Assembly (NCBI GenBank): GCA_965200315.1
Contig: OZ241362.1
Span: forward strand, 64,001-128,000
DNA: 64,000 nucleotides
DNA from: Candidatus Latescibacterota bacterium
GTDB taxonomy: Bacteria; Latescibacterota; UBA2968; UBA8231
Direction of reading: 5' to 3'
The notes under the pieces are model-generated. The model was given only the letters and a program-made list of their open reading frames with translations. It was not told the DNA's origin and did no database searches. The first letter of the stretch is position 1, and every line of letters starts with the position of its first letter. Below are positions 20,217 to 30,300 of this stretch, piece by piece. A program made the translations under genes and the position numbers.

Positions 20217-22162
20217 TCGTCCCGCACCTCCTGAAGAAGCTCCATGATCTCGGCACTGACGCAGTCTATGTCGGCGTCAATCTTTTCGAGCGGACGAGGG
20301 GGGATGTATTTGTAGAAATGCCGGTTGAAGGGAATTTCGTAGCCGACTTTGGTCTTATTGCGGTCAAGCCAAGCATCCGGGACGTGCGGTCGCACTTCGC
20401 GCTCGAAATAGGCGTCGATATCCTCTCGCAAGGGCACATTCTCGTAGTCGCGTAATTCGGGATCGGGTTCTGGTTCGCCCTTGCGGTTGGTGATTACGTC
20501 GGCAGTTTCGTCGCGCTCGCTGAGGCTTTCGGCGACTAGCTTGCGTTGGGCGGCTGTGAGATTCAGCCCGGCCGCAGTGAGGGCGCAGAGGAAGTCGTCG
20601 CGGTTTTTGTAGAGCTGGTCGCTGTCGAGCGTGGCGAGAGCGGCCAGGATGCCCTGTTGTTGCCCTTCTGGCAACCGCGCAAACCCTTTGGCCGCCTTGA
20701 GGATTTCAATGCGGTCATCGCTGGCCCGAAAGTTGAGCTTGAGCGGACGCTCAACGGTAATGCGGTGATAGCCAAAGTCGGTATTGGCAAAAATTTTCAC
20801 GCGGTCTTCCAACTCCTCAAAGTCGCCAAACAGGCGGGTGATCTCCACGATCTGCTCGTCCGAGATTTGCTTGCGCTTGCTGCCGAGGCTCTTGTGCATT
20901 GGGACGTGGAAGTCTACGGCGTTAATGAGTTGGATTTTGCCTCGGCGCTGCGGGGTCTTCTGATTGGTGATAATCCATATATAGGTCGCAATGCCAGTGT
21001 TGTAGAACATATCGGTCGGCAGGGCGACGATGGCTTCGAGATAGTCGTTTTCAATGATCCAACGGCGGATTTCGCTTTCCCCGCTGTCCGCGCTGCCCGT
21101 AAAAAGGGGCGATCCGTTGAGTACGACTGCTAGGCGGGATACGTCGCCATTCTGGTTGAACTTGGAAATCATGTGCTGGACAAAGAGCAACGATCCATCG
21201 CTGACGCGGGGCAGGCCCGCGCCAAAGCGGCCGTTGTCGCCGAGAGAGCGAGCTTCGTCTTGGATGGTTGGTGCGACCTTTTTCCATTCGACGCCAAAGG
21301 GCGGATTGGAGAGCATGTAGTCAAAGTGCTCATCGGGGAGGCCGTCTTCAGTGAAGCTATTGCCGGGATGGATGTTTTTGGCGTTTTGTCCCTTAATCAT
21401 CATGTCCGACTTGCAGGTAGCATAGCTTTCGTCGTTCAGCTCTTGGCCATAGACTTCGAGGTGGGCGTCTGGGTTGAGTTCCCGGAGGTACTCCTCGGCG
21501 ATAGAGAGCATCCCACCCGTGCCACAGGCCGGATCGTACAGTTTGCGAATGATGCTTTTTTTAGTAAGCACTTCGGTGTCTTCGAGGAAGAGAAGGTTGA
21601 CCATCAAGCGGATGACTTCGCGGGGTGTGAAGTGCTCGCCGGCGGTTTCGTTGCTCTGCTCGGAAAACCGGCGGATGAGCTCCTCAAAGATGTAGCCCAT
21701 TTGCAAATTGGAGACGTGGTCAGGGTGCAGATCAATTTGGGCGAATCGGCTTACAACGAGGTAGAGCAGGTTGGCACGGTCGAGACGGATGACTTGTTCG
21801 GGCAACTGGAAACGGTCGATGAAAATCTCACGCGCATCGCGGGAAAACCCGTTGATAAAATTGTTCAGGTTCGCCGCGATATGCTCTGGGTCGTCGAGCA
21901 GCTTTTCAAAGGTAAAGGGGCTAGTGTTATGGAAGGTGTGGTCGCTGGCCATGTTGAGCATGGTCTCGCGCATGGCGTCGTCAATGGTCGCCGGCAGTTT
22001 TTTCACCTCTGCTTGCACGGCCTCCTTTGTCGGTGCCAGAACGCAGTCGAGCCGCCGCAGCACGGTGAACGGAAGCACCACCTTGCCGTATTCCGATTGT
22101 TTGTAATTGCCGCGCAGCAGTTCGGCGATGGACCAGATAAAGCCGATGTGAAAATTCGTCAT
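20213..22162 (-). CDS. hsdM: Type I R-M methyltransferase subunit
   Basis: FIWSIAELLRG, GEHFTPREV, YDPACGTGG (motif I) and NPPF (motif IV). Start placed at MTNFHIG. Confidence 0.96.
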   Translation of the reverse strand: MTNFHIGFIWSIAELLRGNYKQSEYGKVVLPFTVLRRLDCVLAPTKEAVQAEVKKLPATIDDAMRETMLNMASDHTFHNTSPFTFEKLLDDPEHIAANLNNFINGFSRDAREIFIDRFQLPEQVIRLDRANLLYLVVSRFAQIDLHPDHVSNLQMGYIFEELIRRFSEQSNETAGEHFTPREVIRLMVNLLFLEDTEVLTKKSIIRKLYDPACGTGGMLSIAEEYLRELNPDAHLEVYGQELNDESYATCKSDMMIKGQNAKNIHPGNSFTEDGLPDEHFDYMLSNPPFGVEWKKVAPTIQDEARSLGDNGRFGAGLPRVSDGSLLFVQHMISKFNQNGDVSRLAVVLNGSPLFTGSADSGESEIRRWIIENDYLEAIVALPTDMFYNTGIATYIWIITNQKTPQRRGKIQLINAVDFHVPMHKSLGSKRKQISDEQIVEITRLFGDFEELEDRVKIFANTDFGYHRITVERPLKLNFRASDDRIEILKAAKGFARLPEGQQQGILAALATLDSDQLYKNRDDFLCALTAAGLNLTAAQRKLVAESLSERDETADVITNRKGEPEPDPELRDYENVPLREDIDAYFEREVRPHVPDAWLDRNKTKVGYEIPFNRHFYKYIPPRPLEKIDADIDCVSAEIMELLQEVRDE

Positions 22163-22264
22163 GGGTGTACTTATCTGTGCGAAAGCTGTGTTGCTTCGTC
22201 GCTTGCCGTGCCAACAAGAATCATTCATATAACTAGCCAGTCTGGCTAGCACGGTTGAGTTGCG

Positions 22265-22543
22265 CTATTCCAACGACGAGTTGGAGGCGATGGAGGAATG
22301 TCGAACGGAGTCTGAAGTAGCGTCGGCAAAAAGATGATCTTCGACAGTTAGACCTGCCTCGCGAATAATCGTTCGCAAAGTCCTTTTAGCGACTTCCCGG
22401 TGCTTGCGAACTACGATGCGACGATAGGGTTTTCGGTTCAATCGCAAGACTATATGGCTCCCTCGTTGTCGGTCAAAAACGTAGCCAATTTTCCCCAATG
22501 CCCTAACAATATCACGGCTTCCAACAACCGGAAGTGGACTCAA
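22265..22543 (-). CDS. hicA: HicA family toxin (possibly degenerate)
   Basis: LPVV..DIVRALGKIGY..RQRGSHIVL...H.EV...TL..IIREAGL. The usual VPxH and KGTL read VRKH and KRTL here, and the tail is atypical. Confidence 0.7.
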   Translation of the reverse strand: MSPLPVVGSRDIVRALGKIGYVFDRQRGSHIVLRLNRKPYRRIVVRKHREVAKRTLRTIIREAGLTVEDHLFADATSDSVRHSSIASNSSLE

Positions 22544-22665
22544 ATCTCAACCTCGATGATTTCCTCCGTAATGGGCGGCGGGATTGGGTCGCCGTGGGCT
22601 TTTAGGCTTTCTATATACAGCGCAATTGCTTCGCGTCCGCCCATACCGCAAGCCGGGTCGTACCG
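22540..22665 (-). pseudogene. hicB: HicB antitoxin C-terminal remnant
   Basis: REAIALYIESLKAHGDPIPPP...IEVEI* overlaps the hicA start. The HicB N-terminal part is absent. Confidence 0.7.
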
Positions 22666-22676
22666 CTTATTGTAAG

Positions 22677-25406
22677 CTACCCGGCCACCTCGCGTTCGAC
22701 CAATGCCTCGAGGCGCACCGGGCAAACCTTGAGCTCGGCCGTGTGAGTGACGGGGTCGTACCCGGAGCCGGTGAGGATGTTGATCGGCACGTCGTTGAAG
22801 CTGAAGCTGGCAAAGACCGTGCCGCGCGGCGAGCGGGTGGTGGCCTCGATGCGGATTGCAACGGCACCGCGTGCGCTGGATAGGCGGCACAAGCCCCCGG
22901 CTGCGAGGCCCCAAGCGGCGATATCGTCGGGATGCACTTCGAGGCGCTCTTCCGCGAGCAGGTAGTCAATGCCTTGGGCGCGGCCGGTCTGGGTGCGGGT
23001 GTGGTACGATTGGAGCCGGCGGCCGGTCGTCAGCCAGACTGGAAATTCGGCCGAAAGGGTCTCGGCCGGGTCGCGGTAGCGGATGATTTTGAACAGGCCG
23101 CGGCCGTTTTTGAAGGCCCCTTGGTGCAAGATCGGAGTGCCTGGATGGCCTTTTTCGGGCACTGGCCATTGGTACTGGCCCTCGTCGACCCGGTCCCAAT
23201 CGAGGCCGGCGTAGATGGGCGACAGCCCGCACAGCTCGTTGAAAATCTCCGCGGCCGAACTGTAGTCAAAGCCGCTAAAGCCAAGCCGCTGGGCGAGCTG
23301 ACTTATGATCCACCAGTCGGGCTTGGCCTCGCCGGGCGGGGGCACGGCTTGGCGCAGGCGCTGGACTCGGCGCTCGGTGTTGGTGCAGCTCCCGTCGGTC
23401 TCAGCAAAGGCACTGGCCGGGAAGACTACGTCGGCTAGCGCGGCCGTCTCAGTGAGGAAAATGTCGATGACCACCAAGTGATCAAGGCTCTTGAGCGCGT
23501 GTTCGCAGTGGTTGCGGTCCGGGTCGGAGACCACGGTGTTTTCGCCGTCGATGAGCATGGCGAAAATCTCGCTGCCGCAGCGGTTGAGGGCCTGGACCTT
23601 GGTAATGCCTTTGTCCGGGTCCATGGCGCGTTCGTAGAGCGCGGTGAATTTTTCCCGAAATTCGGGCTGATCGACGGGCTGGAAGCCCGGGTAATTGGAG
23701 GGAATGGCCCCGGAGTCGCCGGCGCCTTGGATGTTGTTTTGCCCGCGCATGGGGTTGATGCCGGTGCCCTCGCGGCCAATGTTGCCGGTCAGCAGGGCGA
23801 GATTGCACAAGCTCTGGACGTTGTCGACGCCGCAGATGTGCTCGGTGATGCCGAGGGTATAGTAGATGGCGGCCTTGTCGGCGGCCCCGTACCAGCGGGC
23901 GGCCTGTTCAATGTCGGCGGCCGGCACCTCGGTGATGGTCGCAGCCCACTCGGGCGTGAACTCGACGACGTGCTCTAGGAATTGCTCAAAGTCGGCGGTG
24001 CGCGCTTCCATAAAGGCGCGATCTGTCAGGTCGTCGCGGACGATCACGTGCGCCATGGCCAACAGCAAGGCCACGTCCGAGCCGACGCGGATGGGCAGGT
24101 ACAGATCGGCCATATCCGCGAGGTCGGTCTTGCGCGGGTCGGCGACGATCATTTGGGCCCCTCGCTTGAGGGCCTTTTTGATGCGCGTCGCCGCGACCGG
24201 GTGGCACTCGGTCATGTTGGTGCCGATGCAGAAGATCAGATCGGGTTTGTCCATGTCGGCCAAGGGGTTCGACATGGCACCGCGGCCGATGGTGGCTGCC
24301 AGACCGGCAACCGTGGGCGCGTGTCAGGCACGGCTACAGTTGTCTATGTAGTGTGTGCCGTACCCTTTGCGGATGAATTTCTGCATGCAGTAGTTGGCTT
24401 CCGAAGGGGTGCGGCCGGAGGCGACGCCGTAGATGGCGTGGCGGCCGCGCTCGGCGAGCACCTTGGCAAAGCCTTGGGCGGCGCGGTCGAGCGCGGTGTC
24501 CCAGCCGGTGGGGTGGAGCTGGCCGTCTGCTCCGCGCACGAGGGGCCTTGTGAGCCGGTCGCTATGCTGGACGAAGTCAAAGGCAAACTGGCCCTTGATG
24601 CACAGTGCGCCCTCGTTGGCCGGGCCGTCCATCGCTGGTTGGATGCCGACGAGCTTATCCTCTTTGGACAGCAGGTCCACCGAGCAGCCAACGCCGCAGT
24701 ACGGGCAGACCGAGCGGGTCTTTGCGACCTCGCCGGGCAGGTCGGCCGCACGCAGGGCCTTTTTGTCGGCGAGTGCGCCGGTGGGACAGGTCTGGACGCA
24801 TTGGCCGCAGAAGGTGCAGGCCGAATCCTTGAGCAGGCCATTGAACTCGGTGGTGATCTGCTTGTGGAAGCCGCGCCCCATGGCGGCAATGGCGTGGTCG
24901 CCTTCCTGCTCGGCGCAGACGCGGACGCAGCGATTGCACGAGATACACAAGTCGTAGTCGCGCAAGATGAAGGGATTGTCGTCGGTGGGATGCGCTTGGC
25001 CCGATTGTGCGCCTTGGAAGCGGCCCGAGTGGGCTTGGTAGCGATCGGCAAGGTTGGTTAGCTCTTGGGAAGCGTACCCACGCAGGGGATCGACCTCGAC
25101 TTCGCGGTTTTCCGAGACGACCATTTCGAGCAGCGTCTTGCGGTGCTTTTCGATGGCTGTGGTCGCGGTTTTGACGACCATGCCGGGGGCGGCTTGGGCC
25201 GTGCAGGAGGCGACCGGATTGCGCGCACCTTCGACTTCTACCACGCAGAGCCGACAGGCCCCAAAAGGTTCTAGGCGCGGGTCGTAGCAAAGGGTGGGAA
25301 TGTCGCGGCGATGGCGTTGGGCGACCTCGTAGAGGGTCTCGCCAAGAGCAAAGGCCACTTCTTCGCCGTCTAAGGTCAGGGTGTGTTGTTGCCCATTGGT
25401 ATTCAT
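22677..25406 (-). CDS. fdhA: Selenocysteine-containing formate dehydrogenase alpha subunit (FdhF/FdsA-like; one gene spanning two track ORFs)
   Basis: ORFs 24324-25424 and 22677-24275 are in frame across the TGA at 24324-24326, giving DNCSRA-U-HAPTVAGL at the Mo/W-ligand position. N-terminal 2Fe-2S and 4Fe-4S motifs, CPYCGVGC, RGQNNIQG and TNTERR. An alternative TTG start is at 25424. Confidence 0.93.
24294..24312 (-). promoter_or_regulatory. Bacterial SECIS hairpin
   Basis: GGUUGCC-GGUCU-GGCAGCC begins 11 nt after the UGA. It closely resembles the E. coli fdhF SECIS (GGUUGCAGGUCUGCACC). Confidence 0.85.
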
Positions 25407-25420
25407 GGTAAGGCTCTCGT

Positions 25421-27079
25421 TCAAGCGCAGACGCGCTGGGCTACTTGGTCGGGAAAGTACTTGAGGAGGCTATCGGTGATAAAGGGAGCGGCCATGCCGA
25501 GGCCGCAGGCACTGGTGGACTTCATGACGCTGCCGATGTCTGTTACTTCGTCGCGCCAAGCCGCTAGGTCTGCTGGCCCTTCGCCGCTAAGCCGCTCGGC
25601 GAGCCGCTGGGTGCCGATGCGGCAGGGGAAGCACTTGCCGCAGGACTCCTCGGCAAAAAAGGCCATGGCTTGGCGGGCGATTTCTACTATGTCGCGGCGG
25701 TCGTCAAAGGCCATGATGCCGCCCGCGCCGAGCATAGAGCCGCGAGCGCGGATCGCCGGTTCGTCGAGGGTGACATTGAGGTCGTCGCCCGCGAGAAAGC
25801 CACCTGAGAGGCCGGCCATAGTAACGGCTTGGATCTGACGGCTTGGTCCCGGGCCGCCGGCCCACTCGTGGAGCAAGGTGTTGAGCGGTAGGCCAAAGGG
25901 GACTTCGTAGTTGCCCGGCCGCTGCACGTCGCCCGAGAGGCTGATGACCTTGGTGCCCGGGCGACCGTCGAGACCCAGCGAGCGATACCACGCGGCCCCG
26001 CGCCGCACGATCGGGGGCACCGAAGCCAAGGTTTCGACGTTGTTGACGGCCGTGGGCAAGTTTTCAAAACCGTGCGTCACTGGGAAGGGCGGGCGGTTGC
26101 GCGGATAGGGGTGTTTGCCTTCGAGGCTGTTGAGCAAAGAGCCTTCCTCGCCGCAGATATACGCGCCGGCCCCGCGGCGGATGTGCAGCGCACAGGAGAA
26201 GTCGCTGCCGAGGATATGCGGGCCGATTAGAGCGGCGGCGCGAGCCTCGGCCAGTGCGTTGGCGAGGATGGCGTTGATTTCCGGGTATTCGTAGCGCAGA
26301 TAGATAAAGGCGCGGGTAGCGCCGGTGGCGTATGCAGCGAGGAGCATGCCTTCGATGACCGCGTGTGGGTCGTGTTCGAGGAGGGCGCGGTCCTTAAAGC
26401 AGCCCGGCTCGCCCTCGTCGGCGTTGCAGACGACGGTTTTGGGCGTGCCGGGGGCCTCGGCCACAGCCTGCCACTTCTGGCCGGTGGGAAAGCCCGCGCC
26501 GCCCCGGCCAGCGAGCTGACTGTCGGCAATGAGGGCGACCAACTCGGCAGGTTCCCCGGCGAGAGCTTGTTGCAGCGCTTGGTAGCCTCCGGTTTGGCGA
26601 TAGCCGGATAGGGTGGCGCGGCCGGGGCGGCGGATGTCGGCAAAGACGCATTCCTCGCACCCGCCGGGATTGGGCGCGGGCAGGGGTGAAGGACTGGGGG
26701 CAAGGACCTCGGCCTCGGTTCCGACCAGCACTTGATGGCCTTGGAGGACCGGAATGGGATCGTCGCAGCGGCCGGCGCACGGCATGGGCGTGGCGTCGGC
26801 GAGACGGGCGCAGAGTGCGTCGGCCCCGCGCAGTGTGCATATCGGGCCGGTGCAGACGCGCGGGGCACTTTGGCCGGGCGCTTGGCGGGCAAAATGGTGG
26901 TAAAAGGTGACGGTGGCGAAAAGCTCGGCGAGCGGGATTTTTAGGCCCATTGACACGGCCTTGAGCGCTTCTTCCGACAAATAGCCGTCGCGGTCATGAA
27001 AGGCGTGCAGAAGCGGCAATAGGGGAGCGGTTTCGCACTGCCAGTGTGCGACGAGCGCGTCGTTTGTAAGGGAGATCAA
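25421..27079 (-). CDS. Fused NuoE/NuoF-like diaphorase subunit of NAD-dependent formate dehydrogenase
   Basis: N-terminal NuoE-like part (LLPLLH...TFYHHF...CTGPIC...CAGRC). NuoF part has GRGGAGFPTG, NADEGEPG, GAGAYICGEE and ESCGKCFPCRIG..CGLG. Confidence 0.9.
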   Translation of the reverse strand: MISLTNDALVAHWQCETAPLLPLLHAFHDRDGYLSEEALKAVSMGLKIPLAELFATVTFYHHFARQAPGQSAPRVCTGPICTLRGADALCARLADATPMPCAGRCDDPIPVLQGHQVLVGTEAEVLAPSPSPLPAPNPGGCEECVFADIRRPGRATLSGYRQTGGYQALQQALAGEPAELVALIADSQLAGRGGAGFPTGQKWQAVAEAPGTPKTVVCNADEGEPGCFKDRALLEHDPHAVIEGMLLAAYATGATRAFIYLRYEYPEINAILANALAEARAAALIGPHILGSDFSCALHIRRGAGAYICGEEGSLLNSLEGKHPYPRNRPPFPVTHGFENLPTAVNNVETLASVPPIVRRGAAWYRSLGLDGRPGTKVISLSGDVQRPGNYEVPFGLPLNTLLHEWAGGPGPSRQIQAVTMAGLSGGFLAGDDLNVTLDEPAIRARGSMLGAGGIMAFDDRRDIVEIARQAMAFFAEESCGKCFPCRIGTQRLAERLSGEGPADLAAWRDEVTDIGSVMKSTSACGLGMAAPFITDSLLKYFPDQVAQRVCA

Positions 27080-27339
27080 GCTAGATACCTTTTATTTCGT
27101 AGCCGCTGGAAGGTGCCTGTATATAGGTGAATAACTTAGCAGTTGCGCCAACGGTAGGCAACTGAGTACAGCGGCTGCGCGCAGGCCTAGCCGCAAGCTG
27201 TTAAACGGAGCCGAAGTGCTCAACGCCGTGCAAGCCGCTTGGTCTCGGGGGCGCACTCTTGGCCCGCTCCCTATTGACCGCCGCTGGGTCGGTGGGGAGC
27301 GAGCCTCCCGTTTGCCTAACAAAGGGGTCGGGGTGTGTG

Positions 27340-30300
27340 CTACTTGAGCAACAGCATCTTCTCGACGGCGAGGAACGTTTCACCGGCTTGGAGGCGGTAG
27401 AAATAGATCCCCGCCGACACGCTGTGCCCGCTGTCGTCGGTCGCGTCCCACTCTACTCGGTAGTGCCCGGTGTTCTGGTGCTTGGCTACGAGGGTGCGAA
27501 CCGCTTGGCCAACGACATTATAGACGGTCAATTTCACATCCATTGCGGTCGGTAGCGCATATTTGATCGTCGTCGTTGGGTTGAACGGGTTCGGATAGTT
27601 ATGCGATTCAAACGCCAGCGGCGGGTTGACCACGATGGAGAAGGTCAGTGCCGCGATGGCTCCGTCGCCATCGGTAGCCGTGTAGGTGATTTCGACGGGA
27701 CCTGCTGTGGCAACTTCGGGCGTGCCGGCAATGATCCGCGTAGCCGCGTCAAAAGCCAAGCCAGCCGGTAGGCCGGAGACGCGGTACGTCGCATCGCCCG
27801 CACCGCCTGAAGCGGCAGGCAGTTCAAGAGCGGCAATCTGCGTACCAGCGGTGTATCGCTGGGTAGCCACTGAAGTCCCCTCGGCGAAGGCTAGGGGGAG
27901 CGTCGCGGCCGGTGCCGCCAGCGGTATGGCTGCGTCGGTCAGGGTGATCGTTGTCGAGCCGCCAGCCAAGCCCTCAATCGCACCGTTGAGCGTGATCGTC
28001 TCGTTGCCCTCGTCCTCGTCGTCGTCGATTGGATTGATGGAGAGGGATATCTCGCCCGCTATCGAGCCGGCCGGAATCACAAGTAGCGGATCGAACAGCG
28101 CCGAGTAATCCAGATCGCGCTGGGCGGCCGAAGCAGCGTCGATGGAGAGGGTTGCGGTCGCGTCTTGGGCCAACGCCTTGCCGTCTAAGGTCGCCGTTAC
28201 TGTAATCGTGGTCGGCCCGGTGCCTTCGCGTACTATATGCGGATGTACCGACAGCGCGATGGATGTACTCGTCGTTTCGTCGTCGGCAATTTTTATATCC
28301 GTCTGTGCTGAGCCACCGGATGCGGTGGCCTGCACCCCTAAGAACGTATGGCCATCTACCTTGTCGTTGTCGAAGGGGGTGAGGCGAAGCGTCGTCGTCG
28401 CTTGGGTGGCGCCGGCTGCAATGGACACCGGCCCCGCCAGTGTGGCGGAGTAATCCACATCGCGCACGGCCGCTGGGCCTTGGGTGGGCGCGACAATAGT
28501 GAAACGGATGGTCTCGGCCGCGGGGGCGGCCGCGGCCAAGGTAGCGGTCAAAATGATTGCCGTCGTCTCCCCATTCTCTCGCAGTGAAGAATGAGTTGAC
28601 GCCACGCTCGCGACGGCAACCACGGGCGGTGGGGCCTCATAGATCGCGATTTTGAAGAGTATGACTGCGCTTTCGGGCTTGGTGGCGTCGCCGTCGATCA
28701 CTGTGTAGGTGATGGTGGCCGTTCCGACCGCGGTCGGCGTACCGGCAATGATCCGCGTGGCTCGGTCAAACGACAGGCCAGCGGGCAGCGCGTTGGAGAC
28801 GCTGTACGTCAGGTTGCCATCGCCCGTAGCTGGCGGTAGTTCCAGCGGTCGCATCGCCTTGCCAACCGTGGCCGAGATGTCTGACTGGTTCTCGACAAAG
28901 GCAGGTGTTGTGTCGCCGGTCGGACTTGCATCCGCCCGCGGCCCCGTATCTTTCAGCGTGATCGTCGCAGTGCTGACCGCGATTTCCTTCCTATCGTCGC
29001 TTTGGGGGTTTTTCAGCGCTTTTAGGATGATCTTCTCGTCCGCGTCTTCTATCCCGTCGTCATTGGGAGTGATGGAGATGGTCTGTACGCCCTGTGCTTG
29101 GCCAGCCGGAATCGTCACCGAGCGCAGGAGTGCTGTGAAGTCGATGGCGTACAGCGCCGTAGCAGCATCGCTATCATCGAGGAGCAAGACCACGGTCACG
29201 TCCTGCGCCAATACCTTGCCGTCTAAAGTTGCGGTCACCGCAATCTCGGTTTCGCCCGCGTCCTCCCTTAGTTCATTATGACTCACCGCCAGCGTTATGT
29301 TCTCGCTCGTGGTCTCGTCGTCGGTGATCTTGATACCCGTGAGCAAATGAGTTGTGCCGACCTTGGCCGTCAGCTCGAAAGCCTTCGCCGAATTCACCCG
29401 CTCGTTGTCGATGGGGGTGAGGGTAAGCGTCGTCGTTCCCACGGTCTCACCCTGCCGAATGGTGAGACCGCCTATGGTCGCGGTGTAATGTACATCGCGC
29501 ACCGCAGGCTCCGCGTCCGAGAAAAATGCGTTGAGGGCGTCGTTGCCGCTAAGATCGTCGCCATTGCTCACCAGAGTGAACAGCACTTCCGAGTCCGCCG
29601 CTAGGGCATCCTGCAACTCAACCGTCAGCTCAATGTTCGTCGGCCCCTGATCCTCGCGTATCAGGCTAGGCCTCGCCGTCAGCCCTTTAATGATAGCAGC
29701 GGGAGGCTCCTTTAGCTCGATTTGTTGGTGGCCAATGGCTATGTTGGGGTGGGAGCTGCTCCGGCCCACTAGCCGGATAATGCCAGTCCCCTGAGCCTTG
29801 GGAGTAATGGTAATCGTCGTCTGGCCCGACGCCTTGTTCTTTGGGATTGTTATACGGCCCAAGTTCGTCGCCGCGTAATCGACATCGCGCACCGCGTGGT
29901 TTGGTGCGGTCTGAATACCCAAGTGAAAAGTCAGGGGCGTGGTTAGCACCTTTCCATTTAATTCTGCTCTTACGACGATATCGGTTGCCCCCGCCTCCTT
30001 GCTGAGCGCAGACTCAGAAACCGAGAGGGAGATATTCGTGCTTGCCTTGTCGTCGTCGGCCAAGTGAAGACGTGGCCCGGTGGTTACTTCATGAGCACCG
30101 GCATTGCCCGTGATCTGGAGAACGAGATCGTCGCCGTCGCCCGGATTATTCTCCGGAGAGTCGTCGCAGGTGCCTTCTCCTTCGTCGTGGGTATCGTTTC
30201 CCTTGAGTTCGTCGTCAATGGGAATGAAGGTGAGTGCCCCGGTCGCTTCGCTCTTGCCCGCTAGGATAATGAGCGTGGGCAGTGTTATGCGGTAGCGACT

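Noticed and set aside
22540-22914. The 124-aa track ORF as a complete hicB
   Set aside because: Its first two-thirds are an alternative frame of the fdhA 3' end. Only the last ~31 aa are HicB-like.
24276-24326. fdhA as a nonsense pseudogene or two genes
   Set aside because: The UGA is at the catalytic Sec position, is in frame, and is followed by a SECIS-like hairpin.
27203-27330. Moco/Wco riboswitch
   Set aside because: A GCCTCCCGT segment resembles part of the motif but lies on the strand opposite the fdh operon, and the rest of the consensus is not evident. Kept only as an unassigned structure.
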